Translations under genes and position numbers: made by a program
From: an uncultured virus (IMG/VR IMGVR_UViG_3300033149_004321)
Taxonomy: Duplodnaviria; Heunggongvirae; Uroviricota; Caudoviricetes
Reading direction: 5' to 3' (one strand)
IMG/VR virus record: IMGVR_UViG_3300033149_004321
Length of the DNA stretch: 64,000 nt
Notes under the pieces: generated by a model
Told to the model about the DNA's origin: nothing
The model's database searches: none
The model's input: only the letters and a program-made list of their open reading frames with translations
Shown here: piece by piece, positions 37,907 through 48,280 of the stretch
How positions within the stretch are numbered: position 1 is the first letter of the stretch
Layout of the letters: each line of letters opens with the position of its first letter

Positions 37907-39454
37907 TTACCTTATCATAAAAGGATCAACGGCTTTATACAGTCCTTGTCTATCTCTTGCTTTTCTATACTTGATAAAAGCATTGCTTTTAATGGCGTCT
38001 TCTATTGTTTTTGTTTTTGATGTGCCTCCAGAAGCACCCAGAGTAATTATATCTGCGTTTATTGATGTTTTGGGGAAGACTACTATTTCTACATGGACTA
38101 TTTTATTGCTGTTTCTTGCTTTCCAAAAAACAAGACAACCTTCTTTTGATTGGGATAATATTATTTCTTTCTCTTTAAAATAATTATATAATCCCTCCGC
38201 ACTTAAATCAAATTTAGGTGTACGTGGCAATAGTCCCACACCTTTCAAGCCTTCAACAGCGAGTCCCGAATTATGTACTATAAAATTTTCCGCAATAAAA
38301 GTATTTAGTTCTGTTTCTAAATTATAAGTTGGTTCTTTTTGAACTTTTTTTATTTCTAAAACTCTTTCCACACCAAAAACACTATTTAAATTTAATAAAT
38401 CTCTAAAGTTTTTTATATTTAATTTTCTTTCGCCATTTCTTTTTGATTCAGGGTACCAAGTAAAGACATACATATCCTTTGCATTTTTTACTTTTTTACC
38501 TTTTATAAGTATATCTTTGTTTCTTTTTTGTATGTACACATTTTCTGTTCTTCCTTTTAACATTCTTAATAATAATTGTAATTCATAAATTAAATTTTTA
38601 TAACAAGAAGCAAAACGTATTCCTGAATAAGTAGCTTTTCCTTTCCTTTTTCTAATGAAACCATACCCATCTGAATCTATATATCCTTCTAAAAATAAAT
38701 AAACTTGTCTTTTATTCATTTCCCAAACTATCTTTGGCAATTTTCTTTCAAAAGATTTTGTCTGAAAACCGTTTTTTATTAATTCATTAACAATTTTAAC
38801 ATCACTAAAATATATGCCGTGTGTTTTATGAAATATGATTTTATTATTTGTAATTTTTTCTATTTTACTTCTTGCTTTTTCTCTTAATTTATTGTTATAA
38901 AATGCCAAATATACATGTCTATTATCTGTAATATGCCCATCCCCTAACATCGCTCCTAAAAACCAGATAAACTCGTCTGAATAATTTATGCCTTTGCTTT
39001 TCCATTTGTATTTATTTAATATTATTAAAGAATCATCTCTTTTTAAATCACAAAATCTTTTCCAAACAAGTTTTGTGTTATTTCTAATTTCCCACCCTGG
39101 TTTTCCATTACCACGTTCAATTACAAGAAATGGATGATTATGGGATGCTTTAATTCTAGAACATCTTGTTCTTATTTCATAAATTTCTTGTTTTCCATTT
39201 TTAAATAAATTTAAAACATTACATTTTTTCAATTTTCCTTCTTTAAAATCAAATGACCAAACTTTTTCTTTTGGCTCTATTTCTTGTATTTTTTTATAAC
39301 CTTTAGTTGTCAAGATTGGTGTATCCTTTGGAAAACAGCAGTCAAATCCTTTCATAGGATCATCGCCAGCCCACAAATAAGGAACGCCAATAAAGTGCTT
39401 AACATATTCCAAAAAAAGCTGTCTCAATTCTTCCATTATTTCTTCTTCACTCAT
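37907..39454 (-). CDS. NlpC/P60 peptidoglycan hydrolase (putative endolysin) containing an intein
   Basis: IGVPYLWAGDDPMKGFDC|SGL..., GCLVFW, IVHVEI. Confidence 0.88.
   Translation of the reverse strand: MSEEEIMEELRQLFLEYVKHFIGVPYLWAGDDPMKGFDCCFPKDTPILTTKGYKKIQEIEPKEKVWSFDFKEGKLKKCNVLNLFKNGKQEIYEIRTRCSRIKASHNHPFLVIERGNGKPGWEIRNNTKLVWKRFCDLKRDDSLIILNKYKWKSKGINYSDEFIWFLGAMLGDGHITDNRHVYLAFYNNKLREKARSKIEKITNNKIIFHKTHGIYFSDVKIVNELIKNGFQTKSFERKLPKIVWEMNKRQVYLFLEGYIDSDGYGFIRKRKGKATYSGIRFASCYKNLIYELQLLLRMLKGRTENVYIQKRNKDILIKGKKVKNAKDMYVFTWYPESKRNGERKLNIKNFRDLLNLNSVFGVERVLEIKKVQKEPTYNLETELNTFIAENFIVHNSGLAVEGLKGVGLLPRTPKFDLSAEGLYNYFKEKEIILSQSKEGCLVFWKARNSNKIVHVEIVVFPKTSINADIITLGASGGTSKTKTIEDAIKSNAFIKYRKARDRQGLYKAVDPFMIR
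38270..39337 (-). mobile_element. LAGLIDADG intein (356 aa)
   Basis: CFPKDTPILT start, ASHNHPF, FLGAMLGDG, FLEGYIDSDG, TYNLETELNTFIAENFIVHN, Ser at +1. Confidence 0.95.
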
Positions 39455-39894
39455 CAGAAAATAGCCACATTATAACTTAATATTAGTTTCAATCGAGCTT
39501 GCCATTCCTTTTTAAATTCTCTTTCTTCTTTGCCCATGTCGTAAAATAAAGATATGCTTACGTTGTGGTGTGGAAATACAATAAAACCAGAACCGAACAT
39601 AGGATATACTTTTTCACTTTCTTTATCAGTGTAAAATAAACTTGAGAAATGCACGCCTATAATTTCTTTCCACACAAACATAAAAGAACCGCCGGTACCA
39701 AGATAAGGCTTGGCTTCAAGAATAGTGTTAGGTTCTTCACTACCTTCTACGATGACAGCAAAAGGTAAATAACCAACTGAAAATTTCCAGTTCTTTCCCA
39801 AATCTACGTTTGCAGAATCTTGTGCTTTACATAAACCGACAGAAACAAAACTAATAAGAATAACTAATGATAAGATTGCTAATAAATTTTTCAT
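39454..39894 (-). CDS. Secreted/outer-membrane beta-strand protein
   Basis: Signal peptide ending CKA|Q; amphipathic beta strands; C-terminal LSYNVAIF. Confidence 0.6.
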   Translation of the reverse strand: MKNLLAILSLVILISFVSVGLCKAQDSANVDLGKNWKFSVGYLPFAVIVEGSEEPNTILEAKPYLGTGGSFMFVWKEIIGVHFSSLFYTDKESEKVYPMFGSGFIVFPHHNVSISLFYDMGKEEREFKKEWQARLKLILSYNVAIF

Positions 39895-39912
39895 AATTTT
39901 AAAGCTCCTTTC

Positions 39913-40467
39913 TTATATTCTAAATTCAACCTGTATTTTGTATTGCCAGAATAATTTATTATTTAATTTTCTCATTATCATTTTTGGAATCAACGAAAAT
40001 CTTTTCGTTATTTTATATTCATAAAGAGCGTCTATTTCAATTATTTCTTTTTCAAATCCTTTTGCATACATTAATCTTATCCTATCTAATCTATAAGAAA
40101 GCATCGCTAATCCATCAGGATTTTTCCATTTCTCAAGACTAACCATTAAACCAAAATAAAAATTCCACAGATAAATTTTATATTTTCCAAAGCCAATAGG
40201 GATATTTTCCAAAGGCTGAAAGAAACTGAATCGCTGGTAATTTATAGATTTAGCACTCTTCATAAAATCTACGAATTCAAAACGTTTATTTCCAATGAAA
40301 ATATCCCTCCCAGTATAATAGTGTCCATTTTCCCTTTCATACAAAAAAACAGCCCTATTATTTTCACCACGTAAACCACCTGTTATTTCATAATCAAAGG
40401 GGTTTGAAGGCTGATTAGCAGACCTGATACTAATAGACATTAATAAAATTAAAATGTATTCACTCAT
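39913..40467 (-). CDS. Putative outer-membrane beta-barrel-like protein
   Basis: Alternating aromatic strands, ends WQYKIQVEFRI. Confidence 0.5.
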   Translation of the reverse strand: MSEYILILLMSISIRSANQPSNPFDYEITGGLRGENNRAVFLYERENGHYYTGRDIFIGNKRFEFVDFMKSAKSINYQRFSFFQPLENIPIGFGKYKIYLWNFYFGLMVSLEKWKNPDGLAMLSYRLDRIRLMYAKGFEKEIIEIDALYEYKITKRFSLIPKMIMRKLNNKLFWQYKIQVEFRI

Positions 40468-40762
40468 TATTATTTAATTTTTCTTTTGCTTTTCCATCTG
40501 TAGTTTTCTTATTATCCGCCTCTTCTTTCACTCTTTTCCCAAGTTGATACATAAATCCCCTGAATAAAGCGCCGAACGTGTTCATAAACTCTTGACACAA
40601 TTTCTTTCTTCCTGGAATAATTTTCATTCTATCGTATAAATAGTCGGCAGCACTGCACCCCCATTTGTAAAGTTTTTCATTATCTATTATTCTATGCAAT
40701 AAAAATATTATTGCAATAGCAACTCCGCCTGACTCCCAGAGGTGACTTAATATCCATTCCAT
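40460..40762 (-). CDS. Membrane protein (holin candidate)
   Basis: One N-terminal TM helix, charged C-terminus, near the lysin. Confidence 0.45.
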   Translation of the reverse strand: MEWILSHLWESGGVAIAIIFLLHRIIDNEKLYKWGCSAADYLYDRMKIIPGRKKLCQEFMNTFGALFRGFMYQLGKRVKEEADNKKTTDGKAKEKLNNNE

Positions 40763-40764
40763 AT

Positions 40765-41253
40765 TTATTCCTCCTTTCTTAAATTTTTTAACATTCCTGA
40801 CCTGCTTTTTGCTTTTTCATCTTCAGTTCTTTCAGTAGGTTTAAAATTGCCATACCAAATGCCTACATAATCATCTGATAATGAACAGTATATTGTTATA
40901 TTTTTCAAAATAGTTTCATCTAATCTTGGTATATAAGATTCAGTTCCTTTTTTGAAAGCTGAAATAGGAATGACTGTATAATTCTTTATATAACCTATTT
41001 CTCTAATATTGTATTCAAACCCATTTCTTTTCAAAAATCTTGACGAATTAATTTCCACTATTACGTCATTCCAAATAAAATTATTTCTATTATATATTAT
41101 TACCCAATCGTCCGTCTGTTTAACTTCAGCTTTTAAATATGTTATTTTAGGAATTTTATCTCTTGTTTTTTCTCCTGTATTGAACCATATAAATAAAACA
41201 ATTAAAACAAAAGCGATTATATAAATAGAAAATTGAATTAAATGTTTTTTCAT
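40765..41253 (-). CDS. Membrane-anchored hypothetical protein
   Basis: N-terminal TM helix. Confidence 0.6.
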   Translation of the reverse strand: MKKHLIQFSIYIIAFVLIVLFIWFNTGEKTRDKIPKITYLKAEVKQTDDWVIIYNRNNFIWNDVIVEINSSRFLKRNGFEYNIREIGYIKNYTVIPISAFKKGTESYIPRLDETILKNITIYCSLSDDYVGIWYGNFKPTERTEDEKAKSRSGMLKNLRKEE

Positions 41254-41274
41254 CCTAAAGGCCCTTGATATTTT

Positions 41275-41583
41275 TTATCTTGATATTCTTTCAAGTATTC
41301 TATCAAGTTTTTCTGAATCTTTTTCTTGTTGTTTTTGCATTATTTTTATTAGTGTTTTTAATTCAATCAAATTGTCTTCATTAATACCTACACGGTTTTC
41401 TAAAGCCACTACGTCATTTCTAATTGCAAATAAACTTGAATCAATCTGTGCTTCAACTTTTGGAGTGAAAAAAGAAAACCATAACACTGAAAGTAAAAAC
41501 CCACCAATTATAATGCAATAAACAATGATTTTTAAATCTTCAGCTAACCTTTCCTTGAATTTTACAAGATTACCGTTTTTCAT
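41275..41583 (-). CDS. Membrane protein with coiled coil
   Basis: TM helix, VEA|Q, coiled coil ending EKLDRILERI. Confidence 0.55.
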   Translation of the reverse strand: MKNGNLVKFKERLAEDLKIIVYCIIIGGFLLSVLWFSFFTPKVEAQIDSSLFAIRNDVVALENRVGINEDNLIELKTLIKIMQKQQEKDSEKLDRILERISR

Positions 41584-41849
41584 TTTCTTTTCCTTAATAA
41601 ATAGTGAAGTGTCTCCACATAAACAGGTATAGATATAACTGCAATTCCTATTATTTTTCCAAAATCGTGAAAATTAAAATCATTCAGCCACACACCAAAA
41701 AATATACCTGAACATAAAAATAATAATACAGAAAACCATTGTAATAAATGCCATTCCCAGTTATTCGTTTTCCCTTTTATCGAATACTTGTTGTAAAAAG
41801 CGAAAACAAAACAAGCAAATATAAATATTATAGAGCAAATATAATTCAT
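41580..41849 (-). CDS. 3-TM membrane protein
   Basis: Three hydrophobic segments. Confidence 0.55.
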   Translation of the reverse strand: MNYICSIIFIFACFVFAFYNKYSIKGKTNNWEWHLLQWFSVLLFLCSGIFFGVWLNDFNFHDFGKIIGIAVISIPVYVETLHYLLRKRK

Positions 41850-42010
41850 TTTCCTATTAAATTAAATAATTATCGGAATTTGCCCAGAGCATTCTTTATT
41901 GATTAATAACATAATCAAAACCAAAATAATCATAAGAACAATGTAAAAAGATTTTCTAAAATAAATGAAATTCATTATATATCCTTTATATAATAAAATG
42001 AAAAAAATTT

Positions 42011-44086
42011 TTATTCTCTTGAATATAAAACATCCGCTAATTTCATCAGTTTGTGTACGTTATTAGTCGTGTCCATTGTAACAAGCCAAAGTTCGTTATC
42101 AGGAACTTTCACACTATCAGCCAAATGTGCTATCATATTAGTCAAAGAATCCTGCAAAGTAGCCAAGGCAACGCCCCCACTCAAAGTAACATCACCAAAA
42201 TCAACCCTAACTAATCTTGAACCGCCAGAAACGAGACTATCTGTATTATATGCAAAAAGTTCAAGAAAATTCCTCGCGTTTGCAATTACTTGTAAAGTAT
42301 CACCTGCCCAGTCCGATTGATTGGTTTTATGTGGAAAATAGTTTGAAAGAAAACCTCTGTCCCCATAATACATAATTTTATTTGAATTCTTGATAGCATA
42401 GGTAACTGTATAAGGATTATTCCCTGTATCTATTTCTGTAATTATTACCATACCATTATTCAAAGTTGTATATACTAATGTATCGGGTACTTCAGCGAGT
42501 GTTCTTACGTTACTTGGATTCGAACGCGTTGTATCGTTAGCACTATCAATTACAACTATCGAAAAGGTTGTTAATGAATCTGGTTTCCAATTCCAATTTG
42601 TAACTGTATCCGTTATTGTTCTTTCAACACCTGTTCCTCCAGAAAAAACAGTATCCCCTATAATAACGTCGTTTTCATTACTAAAATAATACCCTTTTAC
42701 ACTATCCCAAACTGTAGAAAAGGTTATCTCTATTGAGCTGTCATTTTTGACTGGTCGAAACGATTCGCTAAAAAGTTTTCTTTCATCATTTAAGGTTACA
42801 CCAAAATAGGGTCTGTCTCCTGTTTCTGTAACGTATTCTCCACTATAAACACCAAAGCCTCTAATATTACTATCAGTAGTATCTTCATTGATTATCGCTA
42901 TCCAAAGAGTATCGCCTATATACCTGGACACCGTATCTTTTGGTATTATGGTATAAACTGTATCTCCTACAGCACTCCAATCGGATGTTAAAATAGTATC
43001 TAAAGGTGTTTTATTTGTTTGCCAATCCAACCCCAATATACCCACAAACCCTGAATCGTTACTAATCCAATTAACTGTATTATATATTTTATGTGAAGCT
43101 GAAGGAGAACCTGTTTCGGTTTCTCCATTTTTCGTTCCTTCCACAAAACCAGTAGCTGCCGGGTCAATTACATATACAAAACCCGTGTCATTTATCCAAC
43201 TATCATTACTTATTACTGTTCTCAAAGTACCGTCAGTAGCTACACTATATTCGTTGCTTGGATAATCTGCCAAATTTACCCAAAGTAATGCTGAATATTT
43301 CCTCGTTGTCGATGCGCCAATAAACAATGTAGTAGATACTCCATAATTAAATTCAGTGTTCACATTTCCTCTGTTATAAAATAAATAAGTATCCAATAAA
43401 TCTGTAGTAGTTAAAACAACTGAAATCGTAGGGTCTATTGTAATCGGATAATTATAATCATTTCTATTCCCTTCTATTTCAAATACCATGTATTGTTTTC
43501 TGTTTATTTCAATTAAATTCCAAGACAAAGGTATTCTTCTTTCTCCAAGAAAATAATTATTATCTTTACACCAAGCATAAGGTCTTTGTATTTTTATTAT
43601 TGCTTCATTATCTTTAACAACAACTATCGTAGAGTCTTCAAGCATAACTATTTCAGAATCATTATCTATTAGACTTAATTTAACTAAAAATTTGTGTCTT
43701 GCAAATTTGTTTTTAATTATATATTCAGTTTTAATTCCTTCAGGAAAGGTCTGTAAGATATAATCAACATTTTTCCAGGCATTAATATATCTTCTTTTAT
43801 TTTTAGTTTTAATGGGGTTTTTTTGAAACACGTTGGTATTCTGTTCTTGTAAAAGTAAAACAACACCTTTAGTTTCAATTTTAATGGGTTTTCTTGGATT
43901 ATTATTACCTCGATAAATCATTTTATCAGAAATATATTCAGTTCTGAAATTACCTACTTTTCTATCCCTTAATTCATATTTTCTGAAATTATTTGAACCT
44001 TTTCTGATTTGTATATCTCTTTTCATTTGTCCGAAAGCATTTGAACATAAGAACAGAAATAAAATAGTTAAACATATCTTTTTCAT
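42011..44086 (-). CDS. Large signal-peptide-bearing beta-rich protein (DNRLRE/CBM-like and Fn3-like regions)
   Basis: MKKICLTILFLFLCSNAFG|Q; YPITIDPT, DTYL..NYG..LFIG; 18 D(S/T)(AILVMT) motifs. Confidence 0.75.
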   Translation of the reverse strand: MKKICLTILFLFLCSNAFGQMKRDIQIRKGSNNFRKYELRDRKVGNFRTEYISDKMIYRGNNNPRKPIKIETKGVVLLLQEQNTNVFQKNPIKTKNKRRYINAWKNVDYILQTFPEGIKTEYIIKNKFARHKFLVKLSLIDNDSEIVMLEDSTIVVVKDNEAIIKIQRPYAWCKDNNYFLGERRIPLSWNLIEINRKQYMVFEIEGNRNDYNYPITIDPTISVVLTTTDLLDTYLFYNRGNVNTEFNYGVSTTLFIGASTTRKYSALLWVNLADYPSNEYSVATDGTLRTVISNDSWINDTGFVYVIDPAATGFVEGTKNGETETGSPSASHKIYNTVNWISNDSGFVGILGLDWQTNKTPLDTILTSDWSAVGDTVYTIIPKDTVSRYIGDTLWIAIINEDTTDSNIRGFGVYSGEYVTETGDRPYFGVTLNDERKLFSESFRPVKNDSSIEITFSTVWDSVKGYYFSNENDVIIGDTVFSGGTGVERTITDTVTNWNWKPDSLTTFSIVVIDSANDTTRSNPSNVRTLAEVPDTLVYTTLNNGMVIITEIDTGNNPYTVTYAIKNSNKIMYYGDRGFLSNYFPHKTNQSDWAGDTLQVIANARNFLELFAYNTDSLVSGGSRLVRVDFGDVTLSGGVALATLQDSLTNMIAHLADSVKVPDNELWLVTMDTTNNVHKLMKLADVLYSRE

Positions 44087-44102
44087 AAATCCCTCTTTAA
44101 AA

Positions 44103-44531
44103 TTAAATCTGTGTCGGTTCTCCAATGTTAATAACTAAAGTTGTTGCGTTTAAAGCCCATCCTACTTTTACAAGGAAATCACCTGAACCATAAGTCGGAG
44201 CTGTTTGTGAAATATTACCTGAACCTGAAAGAAAAACATCACCACCAATAGTGCTAAAACTCCAACCAGGATTTGATATATCACCTCTCATTTGCATAGT
44301 TCCCGTTGCATCTTCAGCAACCGCTTCTGTCATAATACCTATTACTCTTGCTTCTGATAAACTACCTATGTCCGCAGGTAATACTTTACCGTTTGTATGC
44401 ATATAAACAGCATCATATTGTGAAACGCCACCAGCACCGCCAGTAACCACCATTCCTATCAAATCCTGACGTAAATTATTATAATCAGTTGCTAAAGCGG
44501 CATCGCCCGCTACAACATCACTTGATTCCAT
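44103..44531 (-). CDS. Virion protein (DUF2190/cement-like domain)
   Basis: SQYDAVY, ARVIGI, GGDVFLS..G.ISQTAP; paralog of the C-terminus of 45791-46795. Confidence 0.6.
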   Translation of the reverse strand: MESSDVVAGDAALATDYNNLRQDLIGMVVTGGAGGVSQYDAVYMHTNGKVLPADIGSLSEARVIGIMTEAVAEDATGTMQMRGDISNPGWSFSTIGGDVFLSGSGNISQTAPTYGSGDFLVKVGWALNATTLVINIGEPTQI

Positions 44532-44641
44532 ACTTTAAATTTCCTTCTACTTCAATATATTCATCCATAATAAATTTTATATCTTCATAAAATCTTTCCC
44601 AATAATCGTTATCTTTTTCTTTTTCGTTCATTTTAATACCA

Positions 44642-45785
44642 TTATGGAAATTTAGGGGTTAAATCAACTTGAAATAAATCACCTTTTATATATATAAAAA
44701 GACTATCACCAACGGTAAAAAGAACATTTCCCGCACCAACTGAAACAGCTCCAAAACCAGCGGTATCAGTATTAATAGATTCAATATAATTTGTTATCTT
44801 ACTTTTGTCAACTTTGATATTATCAATATAAGCCGTACCCCCAAGCATTTGCCCTGTTATCTTTGTGAAATCTAAATGCCTGCTCTTGGATTCCATATAA
44901 GCATCGTATATTTCAGTGGCGGAAAGGGCACGTTTGTATAAGTAGATTTCATCTATAATACCTTGATAATTACGACTAGCATATTGAGTATCAAATAAAT
45001 TTGAACCTATACTTATATTAAAATTATTAGGTCCGAAATCAGCTATATAAGTAAGTGACTTGTCAAATATACCATTCAAATATACTTTGAATGCACTACC
45101 ATCATATATTCCTACAACGTGCGTCCAGGTATTCAATTTCACGGCAGTGTTACTGGTAACTAATCTACCAGCACCAGCGCCAGACCAAACCTGTATTTTG
45201 CCTGAAGTTTCCTGAATAACCAAAGCATACCCATCAGTCCAACCATCCTTACTTATAATACACTTATCTGAACCCGCAAAAGAAGTGGGAAATATCCACG
45301 CTGAAATAGTTATTTGTCCAGTAATGTCCAAATCATCACAATCATTAACAATAATAGCACTTGCACCATCAAAACTGTATGCACCCCCAAACATAGAACT
45401 ATCTGGATTATTTACATTTGTAGCCCCACTATCAATACCGTTGTGTGCGTTTTACAAGAGAATCAGAACTTATATCTGACTTCAATGACATCACTGGTTC
45501 TCTACCTGTATCTATGTATGCTCTATCGAATATAACAGTATCAATCTTTGTACTGTCATCAAGCATAGATATACCAAACGCGTTCATTGAATCTACAAAA
45601 GCATCCAATTTTAGAAGTGTTTGTACGCTATCTGATAAAACATCTTTTATGCCGTCATTAGTCCACATTCGCAGAATCGTCTGTTCAGAATACGTTGAAT
45701 CCCAACAAACCACTTGAATATAAGTCTGTCCAAATAAAGAAAAGGGTAATAATAAGATTAGTATTAAAAATAAAATTCTTTTCAT
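44642..45785 (-). pseudogene. Signal-peptide-bearing LamG/concanavalin-like protein, frameshifted near 45452
   Basis: MKRILFLILILLLPFSLFG|Q; second frame NAHNG...AYSFDG, ITISAWI, WTHVVGIYDG, VYLNG, GIIDEIYLYKRALS. Confidence 0.75.
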
Positions 45786-45790
45786 TCCAA

Positions 45791-46795
45791 TTACCTCGCT
45801 ATGAATTCATCCGCAATGTCTATGACAAGTGTTGTTGGAGATTTAACCCAACCAACCCTAACCAAGTATTCCCCGCTCCCACTTGGAGGCGTTTCTGTTA
45901 ATTCTCCATCTGTTGTGGCAAGATAAACCTCACCACCAATAGTTCCAAAATTCCAACTTGCATTTGTGATTTCACCATTTATCTGCACATCTCCAAGACT
46001 GCCTTCAGCTATGTCTTCCATAGCAATCCCTCTGATTCTTGCAGAAGTTCTTGACCCGGCATTTGCACACAACACTGTTCCACTATCAGTAACGTAAACA
46101 GCATCATATTGCGAAACGCCTCCGGTACCACCTGTCAGTTCTAATTTTATATAATCCACTGAAGTTATCCCTGTTAAATTATCTATGTCTATATAACCAT
46201 CAACGGTTAATGAATATGAACTTGTTTTATTTTCTGAAATTGAAACGTGATTAAATAACACGCCTGAATCTGCTACCCCTGTCGCGCCGTCGCCAAACCA
46301 ACCAAATTCATATAAAGTCCCCCCTGCTGGATTACCGTTTCCACTTGAAATATACAATCTTGCTCTTACCTGCGCTGAAGAATAGGATATGACAGCTACA
46401 GTAGTTCTGTATATTTCATTAGATAAAACTGTATCTGCGATTGAAGGAGAAACTGAAGTATCTCCTACTGCTCCATAAGTAATATCACAATCGTTACTAC
46501 CACCAGCCAACCTGTTCGCTATTGATTTTCTACCCACAGTTGTAGTTACGTTTGAATAAGAACAAATATTAATCGGTTTGTTATATTCAATTAAATCATT
46601 TATTTTTAATTGTATTTCATTCAATAATTTTCTATTTACTAAAGAAGAGTTATTTTTAAATTCTTTGTAAACTTCATTTCTTTTTTTAATCAGAAAATTA
46701 ATATCGTTTTCCAATACCAAATCTTTTTTTCTTTTGGAAAACAATACATTACCTTTTAAACCCAATTTATTTTTGTAATTAATTATTCTTTTCAT
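45791..46795 (-). CDS. Tail/baseplate-associated protein with C-terminal cement-like domain
   Basis: NVTTTVGR, AVGD, DTVLSNEIYR, EFGWF, LFNHV. Confidence 0.7.
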   Translation of the reverse strand: MKRIINYKNKLGLKGNVLFSKRKKDLVLENDINFLIKKRNEVYKEFKNNSSLVNRKLLNEIQLKINDLIEYNKPINICSYSNVTTTVGRKSIANRLAGGSNDCDITYGAVGDTSVSPSIADTVLSNEIYRTTVAVISYSSAQVRARLYISSGNGNPAGGTLYEFGWFGDGATGVADSGVLFNHVSISENKTSSYSLTVDGYIDIDNLTGITSVDYIKLELTGGTGGVSQYDAVYVTDSGTVLCANAGSRTSARIRGIAMEDIAEGSLGDVQINGEITNASWNFGTIGGEVYLATTDGELTETPPSGSGEYLVRVGWVKSPTTLVIDIADEFIAR

Positions 46796-46798
46796 TTA

Positions 46799-48271
46799 TC
46801 ATCCCCAATCAAAAAACCCCCAATCACCTTGTTGAGCATCGGGACCCCAAGTAGTAGTGCCTGATTCTATCAATCTAAATGTATGGTCTGTATCGTTTAA
46901 TTCCATTTCCTCGCTATGAAACGTATATTTATCAATTAATTCATCACCTTTCTTTTCAGTCAATTTTGTATATCTAACAAGTTCAGCTATTACTTCTGAA
47001 GCCCATTTAGGTGCTTTTGCAAATTGTATTGTATAAAAAGCATACCCACCCCCAATCGTTTTCGTAGTTACAGAAGTAATCATATATGTATTATCAACCG
47101 AACTATCCCAATTTGGCGGGTCTAAAGTTAATAACTGTCCTGATTTATAACCTGTGTTATGTGTTTCAAAACTACCACTTATTCTTGGATAAGCATATTC
47201 ATTTATTTCCGCAAGCCCTCTGTCTCTTGCTTCATCATTTGAACTGATGGAATTGTCTATTATTATGCCTTCATGTATTCCGTCGCCACCTTCTATACTT
47301 TTAGCATAAGCTTGAGCATCAGCATTTATTACTTGTGTTATGACCTTTATATTATATGAATACAAACAGAAAACACTATCAGGAACATCAGGAATAACCT
47401 CACCTCCTGCTGTATTACAATAGACAGTCTTTGCATTATAATCAAGCAAATAAGCATAACTAACATCACCATCATCTTTATCCTTTACTCCAACAGTTTT
47501 TTCTGTTCCTGTATCCCAATCTACACCTACTCTTATTTCTAAACTATGAGGAGAATAATTCAAAACCCATTCTTCAGTTGTTCCATCCCCAGCAAAAGAT
47601 TCGGTAGTTGGAGAACTTAAATAATTTCCACCATGAACCATTACTTGATTTTTTACTTCCGAAAAATCCCAATTTATTTTTAGATTTCTAACTGCATCAT
47701 TATTTTCATCTATTTTATAAGGAGCAATATTTGTTTCTCTTGGAAAGAAATGTACATCTTTTTCGTAATCAACATACCATTCATACCCAGCTATTTTTGC
47801 CAGTCTTCTTATGCATTCTGAAATAGAAACATAATTAAAAACTATTGTATCAATAGTAGGACCTGTATCTACATTAGTTGTTGTAAATCCCCATGTGTTA
47901 TCTATATAATTATTAAAAATATGATTTATAATAGTATTACAACTTGAATTTGTATAAGCTTCAGCTACCAATCTATATTCCAAAATCCTTTGATAATCAA
48001 CACAATTAACATAATATTTAAATTTACCAGGAGAAAATTGCACACCATCAACACTGTCTATTATCCCACCAAATAAAATTCTTGAAGTATTATCGTCATC
48101 CGTTTGTATTATTTCAACGACTTGTCCATTTTGAGGTCTATTAGTAGGGTCAACTAAAGTAAATGAACAGGTATTTACTTTATCTGTTACTACATCTTGG
48201 ATTGAAATAGTACCTTTTTCAATCTTTTTTGTTACATCAATACTATTAATTGTGGTTTCAATAGATGGCAT
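46799..48271 (-). CDS. Minor tail (hub/tip) protein
   Basis: Directly after tape measure; LFGGII, CVDY, WYVDYEKDVHFF, NQVMVHGG. Confidence 0.7.
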   Translation of the reverse strand: MPSIETTINSIDVTKKIEKGTISIQDVVTDKVNTCSFTLVDPTNRPQNGQVVEIIQTDDDNTSRILFGGIIDSVDGVQFSPGKFKYYVNCVDYQRILEYRLVAEAYTNSSCNTIINHIFNNYIDNTWGFTTTNVDTGPTIDTIVFNYVSISECIRRLAKIAGYEWYVDYEKDVHFFPRETNIAPYKIDENNDAVRNLKINWDFSEVKNQVMVHGGNYLSSPTTESFAGDGTTEEWVLNYSPHSLEIRVGVDWDTGTEKTVGVKDKDDGDVSYAYLLDYNAKTVYCNTAGGEVIPDVPDSVFCLYSYNIKVITQVINADAQAYAKSIEGGDGIHEGIIIDNSISSNDEARDRGLAEINEYAYPRISGSFETHNTGYKSGQLLTLDPPNWDSSVDNTYMITSVTTKTIGGGYAFYTIQFAKAPKWASEVIAELVRYTKLTEKKGDELIDKYTFHSEEMELNDTDHTFRLIESGTTTWGPDAQQGDWGFFDWG

Positions 48272-48280
48272 TATAATTAA

